From: Salisapilia sapeloensis CBS 127946
Taxonomy: Eukaryota; Protista; Oomycota
Assembly: GCA_023334545.1 (NCBI GenBank)
Contig: JAADVB010000161.1
Span: forward strand, 1 to 43,838
DNA length: 43,838 nucleotides
Reading direction: 5' to 3'
Below are positions 1-9,816 of this stretch, in pieces; position 1 is the first letter of the stretch, and the number at the start of each line of letters is the position of its first letter. Made by a program: the position numbers and the translations under genes. The notes under the pieces were generated by a model. The model was not told the origin of the DNA, did no database searches, and saw only the letters and a program-made list of their open reading frames with translations.

Positions 1-181
1 GCAGTACCTGCAGGAATTTCGTGGCACGACCGAGAGCCATTGGCAGGACGCCAGTCGCCATCGGATCGAGCGTTCCAGCATGCCCGACATGCTTCGTCTG
101 AAAGAGTCTACGTACACGTGCTACACATGAGTGGGAGCTCACACCTTGCGGCTTGAAAACGTTCAAGTATCCCGTCGGCAT
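1..181 (-). CDS. truB: tRNA pseudouridine(55) synthase TruB family, 5' part (runs off the window's left edge)
   Basis: Manual translation from ATG at 181 gives [58 protein letters not shown]. This contains TruB motif I and the catalytic GHAGTLDP (Asp) motif. A GT at 7-6 may start an intron. Absent from the ORF track. Confidence 0.92.
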   Translation of the reverse strand, partial: MPTGYLNVFKPQGVSSHSCVARVRRLFQTKHVGHAGTLDPMATGVLPMALGRATKFLQVL

Positions 182-268
182 TGCCTAGCATTCGTTGCCA
201 CAACTTGTGTCCATGAACTCCCATGCATCAATGCATATAAATTATTAAAAATCTATATTAGTAACTGT

Positions 269-341
269 GTCAGCGTGGTGTAGTGGTTATCACGTCTGCT
301 TTACACGCAGAAGGTCGCTGGTTCGAACCCGGCCGTTGATA
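269..341 (+). tRNA. tRNA-Val(TAC): tRNA-Val (anticodon UAC), intronless
   Basis: Cloverleaf: acceptor GTCAGCG(269-275)/CGTTGAT(334-340); D-arm GTGTAGTGGTTATCAC; anticodon stem TCTGC/GCAGA with loop TTTACAC (TAC at 302-304); T-arm GCTGG-TTCGAAC-CCGGC; discriminator A341. Confidence 0.96.
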
Positions 342-342
342 C

Positions 343-350
343 TTTTTTTT
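343..350 (+). terminator. RNA Pol III oligo-dT terminator of the tRNA
   Basis: T8 run starting 2 nt after the discriminator base. Confidence 0.85.
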
Positions 351-603
351 CCATTTATACTCCCCATTTGCCATCTACTTCCATCCCATTTATACACATA
401 CAACTTATGCAGACAAGTACCATGTATAAACACACCAAAACGTACATAAAGACTTTATTTATCAATCACATCGACCTTGCGATACATTTCTCCAGTCTTC
501 CTTCTTTTTATACCACCGAATTGAAATAACTGAAACGAATTCAAACTTCCCGCCCGGAAGAGCTCGTACTCGCATCTATTATCGTCCACGTCTTTTCTTA
601 GGC

Positions 604-3600
604 ATGAAACGGAGAGCACCACCTATAGACAGGAACCCACACGGGAAAAAGCAGCCGCAGATGGCCTCCTATCGAGCGGGCTTTGGCTTTCGTCCGCCGG
701 CCGGAGCCGCCAATAGCGGTATCCCAGTCCCGAGTTCGAATAATAATCAGCGAGAGCACGAAGAAGTACGTACCTCTTCATTCAGATACAGAACAGAGCC
801 TCTTATCGACTTGATACGCATCTAGAAACCGAAAGCGAGTGCTCAGCCGCAGTCGAATGATCATTTAAACAAGGAAAATGATCATCCGTCAGCGACGTCC
901 AAGCTGCATGACGCCATCTTCGAAGCGTTTAGTGACGATCGAATGAGCAGCATCGAGTCTGAGCTTCGTTTCCGGCCGAAAGCGAATAAATTCAACGCCA
1001 AAGCCAAGCAGGAGGAGCAAGTAGCCTACATTAAGCGTCTCAAGTCGACATTAAAAAGCCTCGTCGAACAGGTTCTCTTCCTCTTGCGCTCGTCTCACCA
1101 CCCACAATCATCTCATCCACTCCTATAGATCCAACACGTCTGCCAGTTAGCTGCATCTGCTAAAGAAACCGGCGACGAGCACGCTGCATCCATCCATCGT
1201 CGTCTCCAGAGCTTAGAAAAATCTCTCAAGGACAAAGAGAAGGCTCTCTCTAGCACCCAGGAAGCTTACAACCATCTCGAGACGACGAAAGCATCTTTAG
1301 AAACACAGATCCAGTCGCTAGAAGACGACCTAGCAAGCATGAAAGATGAAGCAAAGAAGACGAGTCTCCAGCATGACAATCTCACGTCGCAAGTCGAAAG
1401 CTTAGAAACAGATAAACGTGGTCTAGAAGAAACGTTACGTACGACTCGTTCAGAATTGCTATCAACAAAGGCATCTTTAGAATCTCAAGTACAGACACAG
1501 GAACGTATGAAGCACGAGATGGAGGAATGGTACGAGAAGAAGCAAAAGAGTCAGGTCGAAAGTCATCGACAAGAGCTCCAGGATATACAGACACAGCTCT
1601 CGCAATCGAAAGAACAATGTGTCCTCATACGTTCGGAGCGAGACATCTATCAGGCCAAAGTATCGACGCTCGAGACACAGCTACAGGACATCATGCAGAC
1701 CAAGGACGAACTCCAGCGTCAAGTCCATGCTTCCTCCACGGCACAAGCGTCTGCTACTAGTCAAATGGATGAGATGAAGGGCGAGATACAGAGACTAAAG
1801 GATGATTTGCATGCGAAAGACCTCCAAGTCTCGAAGCAGACGTCTGCTCTAGGTGAAATGGAACGTTCTGCTGCGTCTGCTTCCTCGTCTTTCGATCGAG
1901 AGCGACAGGAATTGAAAACAGCGTTGCAAGAGCTCCAGCAAGAGCGCAAGCATGATGAACGAGACCTGTCGTTCACGAAGCATGCACTGCAGGAGACGCA
2001 GCGGCAGTTAGATGTGAGTCGAGAGGAAGGGGATAAGCTCCGACAGAGGGAGGAGAGTATGCGGGAGCAGGTGCGACAGGCAGAGACGCAGGCGCAGGAG
2101 GCGTCTCGAGAGTACAGCGTCGCGGAAGGAGTGCGGCAGATGCTGGAGAGACAGGCCAAGGAGCTACGAACAGAGGTCGTGGCCGTGACGGCGCAGATGG
2201 AAGCTGTCAAGTCGGAGCTTCGGGCGTGGCAGACGAAAGCACAGACGAAGGAGGAGGAGCATGAGAAGGAGATGGAGGAGGTCAAGAGGTCGTATGAGGC
2301 GAAGAGAGAAGAGATGCAGACGCAGATGGCTCAAGTACAGGAGGAGAAGGCGGTGCTGGAGAGTGAGGTGGGTGGACGCATCCAAGAGGAGAGTCTGCAG
2401 CGAGATGAAGAAGCAGAGGAGCTGCATCACGTGCGACAGGAGAATGAACGACTCAAAAGACGACTGCAGGACGTGAGTCGACAGCAGACGGACGTCGTGC
2501 AGAGTAAGCAAGTAGAGCTAGAAGAGTTGCGTCGGAAAGTCGTGGAAGGAGAGACGTTGAGAAGGAAGTTACATAATCAGATACAGGAACTACGAGGTAA
2601 CGTCCGTGTCTTCGTACGCACTCGGCCATTCCTCCCTTCGGACACGAAGGATGACGGAGAAGCTGTCGTGTGTGAAGGTGACGGACAGTCCGTCGCACTG
2701 AGTCGACCCGATAAAGACGTAGATAGGTTCACGTTCGATAAAGTCTTTGCACCGTCCGACGGGCAGGAAGAAGTGTTCGAACAAGTCCAAGAGCTCGTAC
2801 AGTCGTCTCTCGATGGCTATCACGTGTGTCTCTTTAGCTACGGACAGACTGGATCTGGGAAGACGCATACGATGCAAGGGAGTGGCCGAGGTGGGATGCG
2901 AGGACTCATCCCGCGAGCCATTGAGAAAGTGTTGCTAGATAGTAAAATGCTGCAGGAGGAAGGATGGACGTATCGTATTCGTGTTTCGTTTCTTGAGATT
3001 TATAATGAAAACCTGCGCGATCTACTGGCTTCGGACGATAAGAAACTGTCGATTAAGAAAGACAAGAACAAGGTTTTCGTCCCAGACCTGTCGGCAGTCC
3101 AAGTCACGGACATGGACGCCGTGGAAAAGCTCATGGAGAGAGCGAGTCGAGCGCGAAGTGTTGCATCTACGGACATGAACAGTCAGTCCTCTCGCTCCCA
3201 CAGCGTCTTCACGCTCCATTTGACTGGCGTCAAGGCTAGTGATGGCGTGACGCTCGACGGACAGCTAAACCTGGTGGACTTGGCCGGGAGTGAACGCGCT
3301 TCGAGAAGCAATGTGTCTGGCGAGCGACTGAAGGAGACGCAGGCGATTAACAAGAGCCTCAGCTGCCTCGCGGATGTGTTCTCAGCCATCGGGAACAAGA
3401 GCTCGCATGTACGTTCCTTCCTACTCGTAGGCTTGAGCTAGTACTAACATCTAGATAGATCCCGTTTCGAAATAGCAAGCTGACGTACTTGCTTCAGAAC
3501 TGTTTGTCAGGAGACGGCAAGACGCTCATGATGGTCAACTTGTCACCGACTGCTGCATCCGTCGGTGAAAGCCTGTGCTCACTGCGCTTCGCAAAGCAAG

Positions 3601-3671
3601 TGAACCAGTGTGAGCTTGGGAAACCCAAGCGACAGATTCAAGCTCGACGAGACGATAAGCAACGAGTATAG
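604..3671 (+). CDS. KIFC1: Kinesin-14 (C-terminal motor, KIFC1/Kar3/Ncd type), ~966 aa
   Basis: Exons 604-765, 826-1071, 1129-3408, 3459-3671; introns 60/57/50 nt, with TACTAAC at 3442-3448. Long coiled coil, neck [20 protein letters not shown]-loop [13 protein letters not shown] and [16 protein letters not shown] is restored across intron 3. Confidence 0.93.
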
Positions 3672-4039
3672 ATCGTGGCGAGTATCAATGTGTAAACAAG
3701 AACGAAGAGGCTTTTCCCCCTTGATCGATACGTCGTAGATCGTTCCGATGTAGCTAGAACAGGAGGTAGGATGGAGAGCTTGCCAAGACCAGACGAAATG
3801 ATATACTCGCATGGCGTATAGACAGGCAGAAGAGGCAGGATCGATGTAACACATTCTCCATTTGTACAAGCTTTCGTTCAATCGCTCACTAGTGAATGTG
3901 GTGGTCGGCAAGTTGCCAAGGCTTTTCGATGGTACAATCGTATTCGATGTCTGCTACGTCATGGGATGTGTAATCAATCGAGAAGAGTAGGAAATACGAA
4001 GAGTTGCATGTCAATTGGAAAAAGTAGAGGACCAATGAT

Positions 4040-4561
4040 TTGGGGATCGAGTTGATGTTAATATCGCATTGTCCATCGTGTCGTGAGCTACAGACATACG
4101 CACGTATTGTATCACACCCACAAACTTATACATTCGACTACGAAGCGAAGAAGGATGGAAAATGCAAAGAATGTAGCCTTTCATCACCCATGATATGGAA
4201 ACTTTGCTTTGAAGAAGCTACGGTTCTCTTAAACCACAATACGCAGAGCGATACTCGTTGCAAGGAGCTTGTCTCCAAAGATTACATAGCACCAATGTGT
4301 TGGTCGTGGGGTACGAGCGAGAGCATGCGAACGGACGTGTCTTTAGATGTCCGCGCTGTGGGTTATAGTAACCATGGAATCTGTGCTACAAAGGACATGG
4401 CGCATAGAAGCATCGCATATCCAATTCCATACAGGCTTCCGAGTGTCCAGTGCGATTCGTATCTAAACTCACTACATCCGAGTGGATGGAATGCGGTGGC
4501 ATCGATCTCTCCCTCGGAAGTCTACTACGCCAGTCTTTCGCCTTTTGTTTGTTTGTCATGA
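4040..4561 (+). other. 173-codon stop-free frame of unknown status (hypothetical exon or decayed gene)
   Basis: Longest open frame in the 3.1-kb gap. It opens on TTG just after a TAG, has no recognisable motif, and uses more A/T-ending codons than neighbouring genes. Confidence 0.2.
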
Positions 4562-6831
4562 AAATTTGGAAGCTGACGTTGACTGCGCATTGAGCATGTT
4601 AACGTACGGACTTGTTACTACTACGGCGTGGTAACTATCGCGACGTCGGAACAAGCGCGATACGACGACATGCTGCGCAATTGGCTAGACGTAGCATTTC
4701 GACATTTGCCTTCAGCACAAACAAGGAAACTCAATCGCGACCAACCAAGAAGAAAACATGAGACCGCGTACCAAAAGCATTGTGACTGTAAGCGAACTCT
4801 TTGGTGAAGACGGGAACGCGAGACGTGCGTCGGACCCGATTCCGGAAAGCGAAGACGAAAACGACAATGTCGAGCTAGCGTCGGATGAATAAGAACCACA
4901 ACAGGCACCCAGCCTCAAGTCGATCGTCATGTAGAAGACCCGAGCCGCATTGTATCAAAGGTGTCCAGATTGAATGGGCAACCGAGCGGGAATATATATG
5001 GAATAAAGACGACGTGCTTGCGAATTGATTAGCATAACGTCCTGCATATAAATCAAATACATCGATACCGATGATGTCTGCACAAATTCCTTAACTCACG
5101 ACTTGTATTCACTTCCTTCCCATCGCTATTCATCTATATTTATCATCAATGTCTAAAATCACCAGTGATGCCTTATTGGCAAGGTACAAACGAACGACAG
5201 ATATGTCAACATGAAGACAGCTATTGGATCCTCATAAGTCGTGTGCTACTGGTCTGGTTGACATGCTTGCATACGATGCAATCTTCTTGTCTTTACCGTG
5301 CTCCGCATAGTTGATCCCTCTGATCGCGTTTACCATAGTATAAATGCTGGTCTGCTTCCGGCTTTATGACTTGATAGCATGTACCCCCTCTCAAATGGAA
5401 CTCTACGCAGTTGATCTGGATGAGTAATAGATTGACACGAATGACTCTTCCTTCCTATCCTTCCCAATCACCTCGGATCCTGACCAGGTTTACGTTCTTC
5501 AGCCGCATATGCAGTCACTACGAAGCCTCTGATCAACTTTGCGAGCTTTGCAATCGACAGCGGTAGCAATTGTACGTATGTGCGTCATGTCGTACATTGG
5601 CAAAATAGCTGGTGGTAGCTCGGAAAGTCTACGACCGAATACTTTAAGACTCCTAGCAAGATACTCTTTCGAAGCAACGGTATTCTGGTCAGCAAATGAC
5701 TGAAAACATGCAAAAGAGTAGAAGCTTCCAAGCATGACGAAATTCTTGGCCATAGCTCAATACAGTGCTCGTGACTCTTATAGGCTTCGTGAACAAGGTT
5801 GGTGTCGACGCTCAGTCTAAGAGCGGGTAGCAATGTATGTAGTTACTGCTGCTCATCGTCAAATTAAATTCCATAGTGTATAACAGAAAATTAGGATGAA
5901 AGAAAGCATTTGCTTTAGCTACGGAAACTTGGAGTTTAGAAAATTCTGATAGTTAATTGCACCGAAAAATGGAGAGTAGGTAGTAATCACACTCTTGCTC
6001 CATTCTGCAGATTTGTGTATTGGATGTATCAGTATCGCTATCGATACGACCAATACTTACTACGACATAAGTCATTTCAAAGTGTAATCACCAGAAGTTT
6101 CTGCAAAATTCTTACCGGCTCACTTTTACTAGGAAGACAGTCATTATCCAAGCTTCCATTCGGTATAAGAGCTACCTCAGTAGTGCTCTCTATGAGTATC
6201 ATATTTGCTTTGTGGACATTAATGTCGAAGCAAATGATCAAAACTATATTGCCGTTGAACGTTTTCACAACAGCAGATATCTTTAAATTATGCTGAAACC
6301 TCCTCTTCAACTAAACTATACGAGTTGCCTTCTTCTTGCTCAGTGTGAAAGCTATGCAGAGTTTGTGGCTAGCTACCTACACGAGCTTTTGCATTCGCTA
6401 GCAGCCACTACACATTATGTCCAGTACGTTCGCAACTAAATCGTGTACAGTTACGAGGCAAAGCTTCTTTTACACACTAAGGCTAGATATACTGAACTAT
6501 CTCAATCTACTAGAAGCTGCTAGGCGAACTGCTTCTTTGAGTCTTTGTAAAGATTATTCGTCAATAGACATTTCCAGAATACATTCTTATAGGTAGCTCC
6601 TCGACATTCATTTGAAAGTGCATGACATCCCATGTAGGCACAGATTTATCATGAATCGCTAGTCAATACGTAGCTTAAGATCGCTTTAATGAGGGTAGCA
6701 CACAATGATCAAGAGAATTCTGTTAGACCTCTTTCTTGTCAGGAATCTTGTCACGCTATTTTCACCCTTCACTAATTTTCACTCCTCTCTTCTGACACAC
6801 GAAGGCAGTGTACTCGTCCAGCTCGAAGGCA

Positions 6832-7305
6832 ATGCAGTCGTCCAGCATGAACAAGACATGGTCCACCAGTCGTCCTGGCAGCAAAGATGCGAACGTAAAC
6901 GCCAAGTGTCAAAAGTGTCTTCAGCAAGGCCATTGGACGTACGAATGCAAGAACGAAGCTGCGTACGTCCATCGTCCTTCCCGTAGTCAGCAATTTCGTG
7001 ATCGCAGTCTCCGTCGACCATTTAATACGGAAAAACCTCCAGAAGCACCATCCAAATCGGACGACTCGAAAGTGTCCACTAGTCACAAAAGTCAGGAGAA
7101 ACGCACGAAAAGACATACATCCAGTAATAAAAAATCTCGTAAAAAGAGTGAAAGCAGTAGCTCTTCCTCCTCTTCCAGCTCTAGCTCGTCCTCCAGCTCC
7201 GACTCCGATTCTAGCTCCGACTCCGACTCCGATTCTTCTTCTAGTAGCTCTAGTGAAGATGAGCGACCTGCAAAACGTCGTAAGCGGTCGACAGATTCGG
7301 AATAA
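6832..7305 (+). CDS. ZCCHC10: Zinc-knuckle protein, ZCCHC10-like, with Ser-rich tail
   Basis: CQKCLQQGHWTYEC knuckle followed by YVHRPSRSQQ, a Ser/Asp low-complexity tail and a basic KRRKR end. First in-frame ATG is at 6832; the ORF track start is GTG. Confidence 0.85.
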   Translation: MQSSSMNKTWSTSRPGSKDANVNAKCQKCLQQGHWTYECKNEAAYVHRPSRSQQFRDRSLRRPFNTEKPPEAPSKSDDSKVSTSHKSQEKRTKRHTSSNKKSRKKSESSSSSSSSSSSSSSSSDSDSSSDSDSDSSSSSSSEDERPAKRRKRSTDSE

Positions 7306-7362
7306 AAACTCAATGTAGGAAAATGATTTGTATTCCTTTATCTTTTGTTCTGCCGCTTGTGC

Positions 7363-8061
7363 TTACCAAGATCCGCCGTGCTGCGCATGCGGATGCTGGA
7401 ACTGTTCAAAGTCCCACTTGGTCTCGAGCGCCACGGGCTCCGCGACGTGCGTGCCTTGCTCATCCACTTTAGCGAATTGCACGCGGTTGATCGTACGCGT
7501 GTCGCGGTACAGACATACGCGCATGCAATCCGTCAGCAGCGCCCGAGCCTCATTTTCCGTCAGATCGGCGCGCCAGTTTTTCCGCAAAAGCGGCGTCGCA
7601 AAGTGGTGACCAAAGCCCGTGGCGAGGAAGTTGCCTTCGAACGCGAGGCCGATCATGTTCACCTGTCCAAGGAACGGCTCCTGTGTCTCTGGGTTTAAGC
7701 CACCGACAAGCAGCGTGTTCCAGAGCGGATCGAACTTGTTACGACGTTGGTACAAAAGGCGCTGGAGGTAGTGGTAGGCCTCCGGCGCAGTCGTATCGCA
7801 TCCGTCGTCCTGGTTAAAATCGTACACCTCGAGTTCACTAAGTTTGTCCTGCAAGTGCTGAAAGTCGCTAAAGTCGCCTCCAGCGCCGATCAAAGTCGTG
7901 CCGTGGAGCGTCGAAATACGGCGCTGGTCCGTAAATCGCGCCAAGGAACCATACGATCCGAGCGTATCGGCCGCCATGAGCACGCCACCAGCGTACTTGA
8001 GCGCGACGACGCTCGTACCCGTCACAATCGGCTGCTGCGTTCGCTGTCTTCCCCCGTCCAT
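7363..8061 (-). CDS. PSMB4: 20S proteasome subunit beta-7 (PSMB4/Pre4)
   Basis: TQQPIVTGTSVVALKY..GVLMAADTLGSYGSLARF, RRNKFDPLWN and ATGFG.HFA.PLLR are diagnostic; single exon. Confidence 0.96.
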   Translation of the reverse strand: MDGGRQRTQQPIVTGTSVVALKYAGGVLMAADTLGSYGSLARFTDQRRISTLHGTTLIGAGGDFSDFQHLQDKLSELEVYDFNQDDGCDTTAPEAYHYLQRLLYQRRNKFDPLWNTLLVGGLNPETQEPFLGQVNMIGLAFEGNFLATGFGHHFATPLLRKNWRADLTENEARALLTDCMRVCLYRDTRTINRVQFAKVDEQGTHVAEPVALETKWDFEQFQHPHAQHGGSW

Positions 8062-8278
8062 TTTCTCTTTTTCTTTGCTTTCGCAAGATCCTTTCTTCCT
8101 ATAATGCCACTTTTACCTTTTGTACACCCTCTTCCTACTAGTCTAACACCTTCACTATATCTCTATAGAATACCACCAATTTGTTTCAAAATACCCTATT
8201 TACTAGATTTACAGCGCCACATTGATAGATGAAATATATAGGATAAAGTATGGACACGACCACTTGACACGTGACGCC

Positions 8279-9739
8279 ATGGTCCTTCGACGAGTACTCG
8301 CGTGTGCAGCGCTCTTGACGGCTTCTGCTGCTCAGGATACTGAGATCCAGTCTCTTATCGACGATGCTGTCTTTGTCGAGACGTTTGAAGGTGTAGAGAG
8401 TCTCGAAGACTCTCGATGGGTGAAAAGTATAGATGAAAAGTACCTCGACCAAGATCCGATCTTACAAGAGTATGTGAACGAGACCAAGCACGGGATTCCA
8501 TCTAACACTGGCTTGGTGCTGAATGCCCGAGCCAAGCACTATGGTCTCGGCGTCGCATTGCCCGAGACAGTCCAAGTGGATGACAACCACCAGGAGCTCG
8601 TCGTCCAGTTCGAAGTCAAGTTACAAGCCGAACTGACGTGTGGAGGAGCTTATATCAAGCTCCTTCCTCCTCATGTCGACGTCTCTCACTTGAATGCTGA
8701 TAGTCCATTCTCCATCATGTTCGGACCGGACAAGTGTGGTGGCCAAAAGCACGTCCACTTCATCCTAAAGCCTACAAACCCCGTGACGAAGGAACTAGAG
8801 GAAAAGCATTTAGCTCCAAAGCCTCCTATGACACCAGACAGTGTCTCCCACCTATATACTGCCATCTTGCGTGATAATAACACGTACGTCGTCTCTATCG
8901 ACGGAGAAGAAGTCAAGAGTGGGAGTCTGCTATCCGACTTTGATCCGCCGATGCTCCCTCCAAAGGAAATAGACGATCCGAATGACGTGAAACCAGAAGA
9001 TTGGGTCGAAGACAAGGAGATCGTCGACCCAGACGCTCGGAAACCGGAGGATTGGGACGAAGACGCGCCCAAGTTCATTCCGGACGAGAGTGCGTCCAAG
9101 CCAGAGGGGTGGCTGGATGACGAGCCAGCCTTCATCCCTGATCCGTCCTACCTCAAGCCAGAGGACTGGGACGATGAAGAGGACGGAGAGTGGACAGCTC
9201 CCCTCGTTCGCAATCCCAAGTGCGAGCGTGTTCCTGGCTGTGGACAATGGGAGCGTCCGACTGTCTCGAATCCAGACTACAAGGGTCCGTGGCATCCTCC
9301 GATGATCCCGAATCCAGCCTACGTCGGTGAGTGGACACCTCGGAAGATTGCAAATCCAAGTTACTATGAGAAATCCAACGTCGCTCGTGTCGATCCAATC
9401 GGCGCGATTGGGATCGAAGTCTGGACCATGTCCAGTGGCATTACTTTTGATAACTTTTACGTCGGATATGATGCTACTAAAGCACAGGCATTTGGTGACA
9501 AGACGTGGAAACCCAAGCATGCGATTGAAATGAAGTTACAGAATGAAGTCATGGAAGAACGTCGGATGCGCAAGGAAGGTGGTATCGTCAATACCATTAA
9601 CCTCTGGTACAAGGACGCTCTTGTCTACGCCCAACAAGACCCGACGCTCGTGGGAGGCGCCGCCATCCTCGTCTCCACCCTCATCGCTCTCCTTATCTTC
9701 ACGTGCCGCGCGCCCCAAAGAAAAGAAAAAGAGGAATAG
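8279..9739 (+). CDS. CANX: Calnexin
   Basis: Signal peptide MVLRRVLACAALLTASAA, CGGAYIKLL, IMFGPDKCG, P-domain repeats (IDDPNDVKPEDW, KPEGWLDDEP, GPWHPPMIPNP), a C-terminal TM helix and a KxKxx end (KEKEE). Confidence 0.96.
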   Translation: MVLRRVLACAALLTASAAQDTEIQSLIDDAVFVETFEGVESLEDSRWVKSIDEKYLDQDPILQEYVNETKHGIPSNTGLVLNARAKHYGLGVALPETVQVDDNHQELVVQFEVKLQAELTCGGAYIKLLPPHVDVSHLNADSPFSIMFGPDKCGGQKHVHFILKPTNPVTKELEEKHLAPKPPMTPDSVSHLYTAILRDNNTYVVSIDGEEVKSGSLLSDFDPPMLPPKEIDDPNDVKPEDWVEDKEIVDPDARKPEDWDEDAPKFIPDESASKPEGWLDDEPAFIPDPSYLKPEDWDDEEDGEWTAPLVRNPKCERVPGCGQWERPTVSNPDYKGPWHPPMIPNPAYVGEWTPRKIANPSYYEKSNVARVDPIGAIGIEVWTMSSGITFDNFYVGYDATKAQAFGDKTWKPKHAIEMKLQNEVMEERRMRKEGGIVNTINLWYKDALVYAQQDPTLVGGAAILVSTLIALLIFTCRAPQRKEKEE

Positions 9740-9816
9740 TTCGTTTTTCTTTCTACGATCTACGGAAAAGATAAAAGAAAAGAAAATGGAATACGAATGG
9801 AGCTTTATCCTTCTAC

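Noticed and set aside
267-449. 60-aa ORF from the track
   Set aside because: It overlaps the tRNA-Val gene and begins at GTG.
5149-5214. MSKITSDALLA resembles the uL1/RPL10A N-terminus
   Set aside because: No downstream exon with uL1 motifs was found, and every splice option I tried soon hit a stop.
5020-6135. Short matches to snRNA motifs (GATTAGCAT for U6, ATACTTAC for U1, CTTTTACTA for U5)
   Set aside because: Only 8-9 nt match, and the flanking conserved sequence and stems are missing.
8172-8181. ACCACCAATT shared with 33270-33279, both in divergent promoters
   Set aside because: A shared 10-mer between a few kb of promoter sequence is expected by chance, and CCAAT is a generic element.
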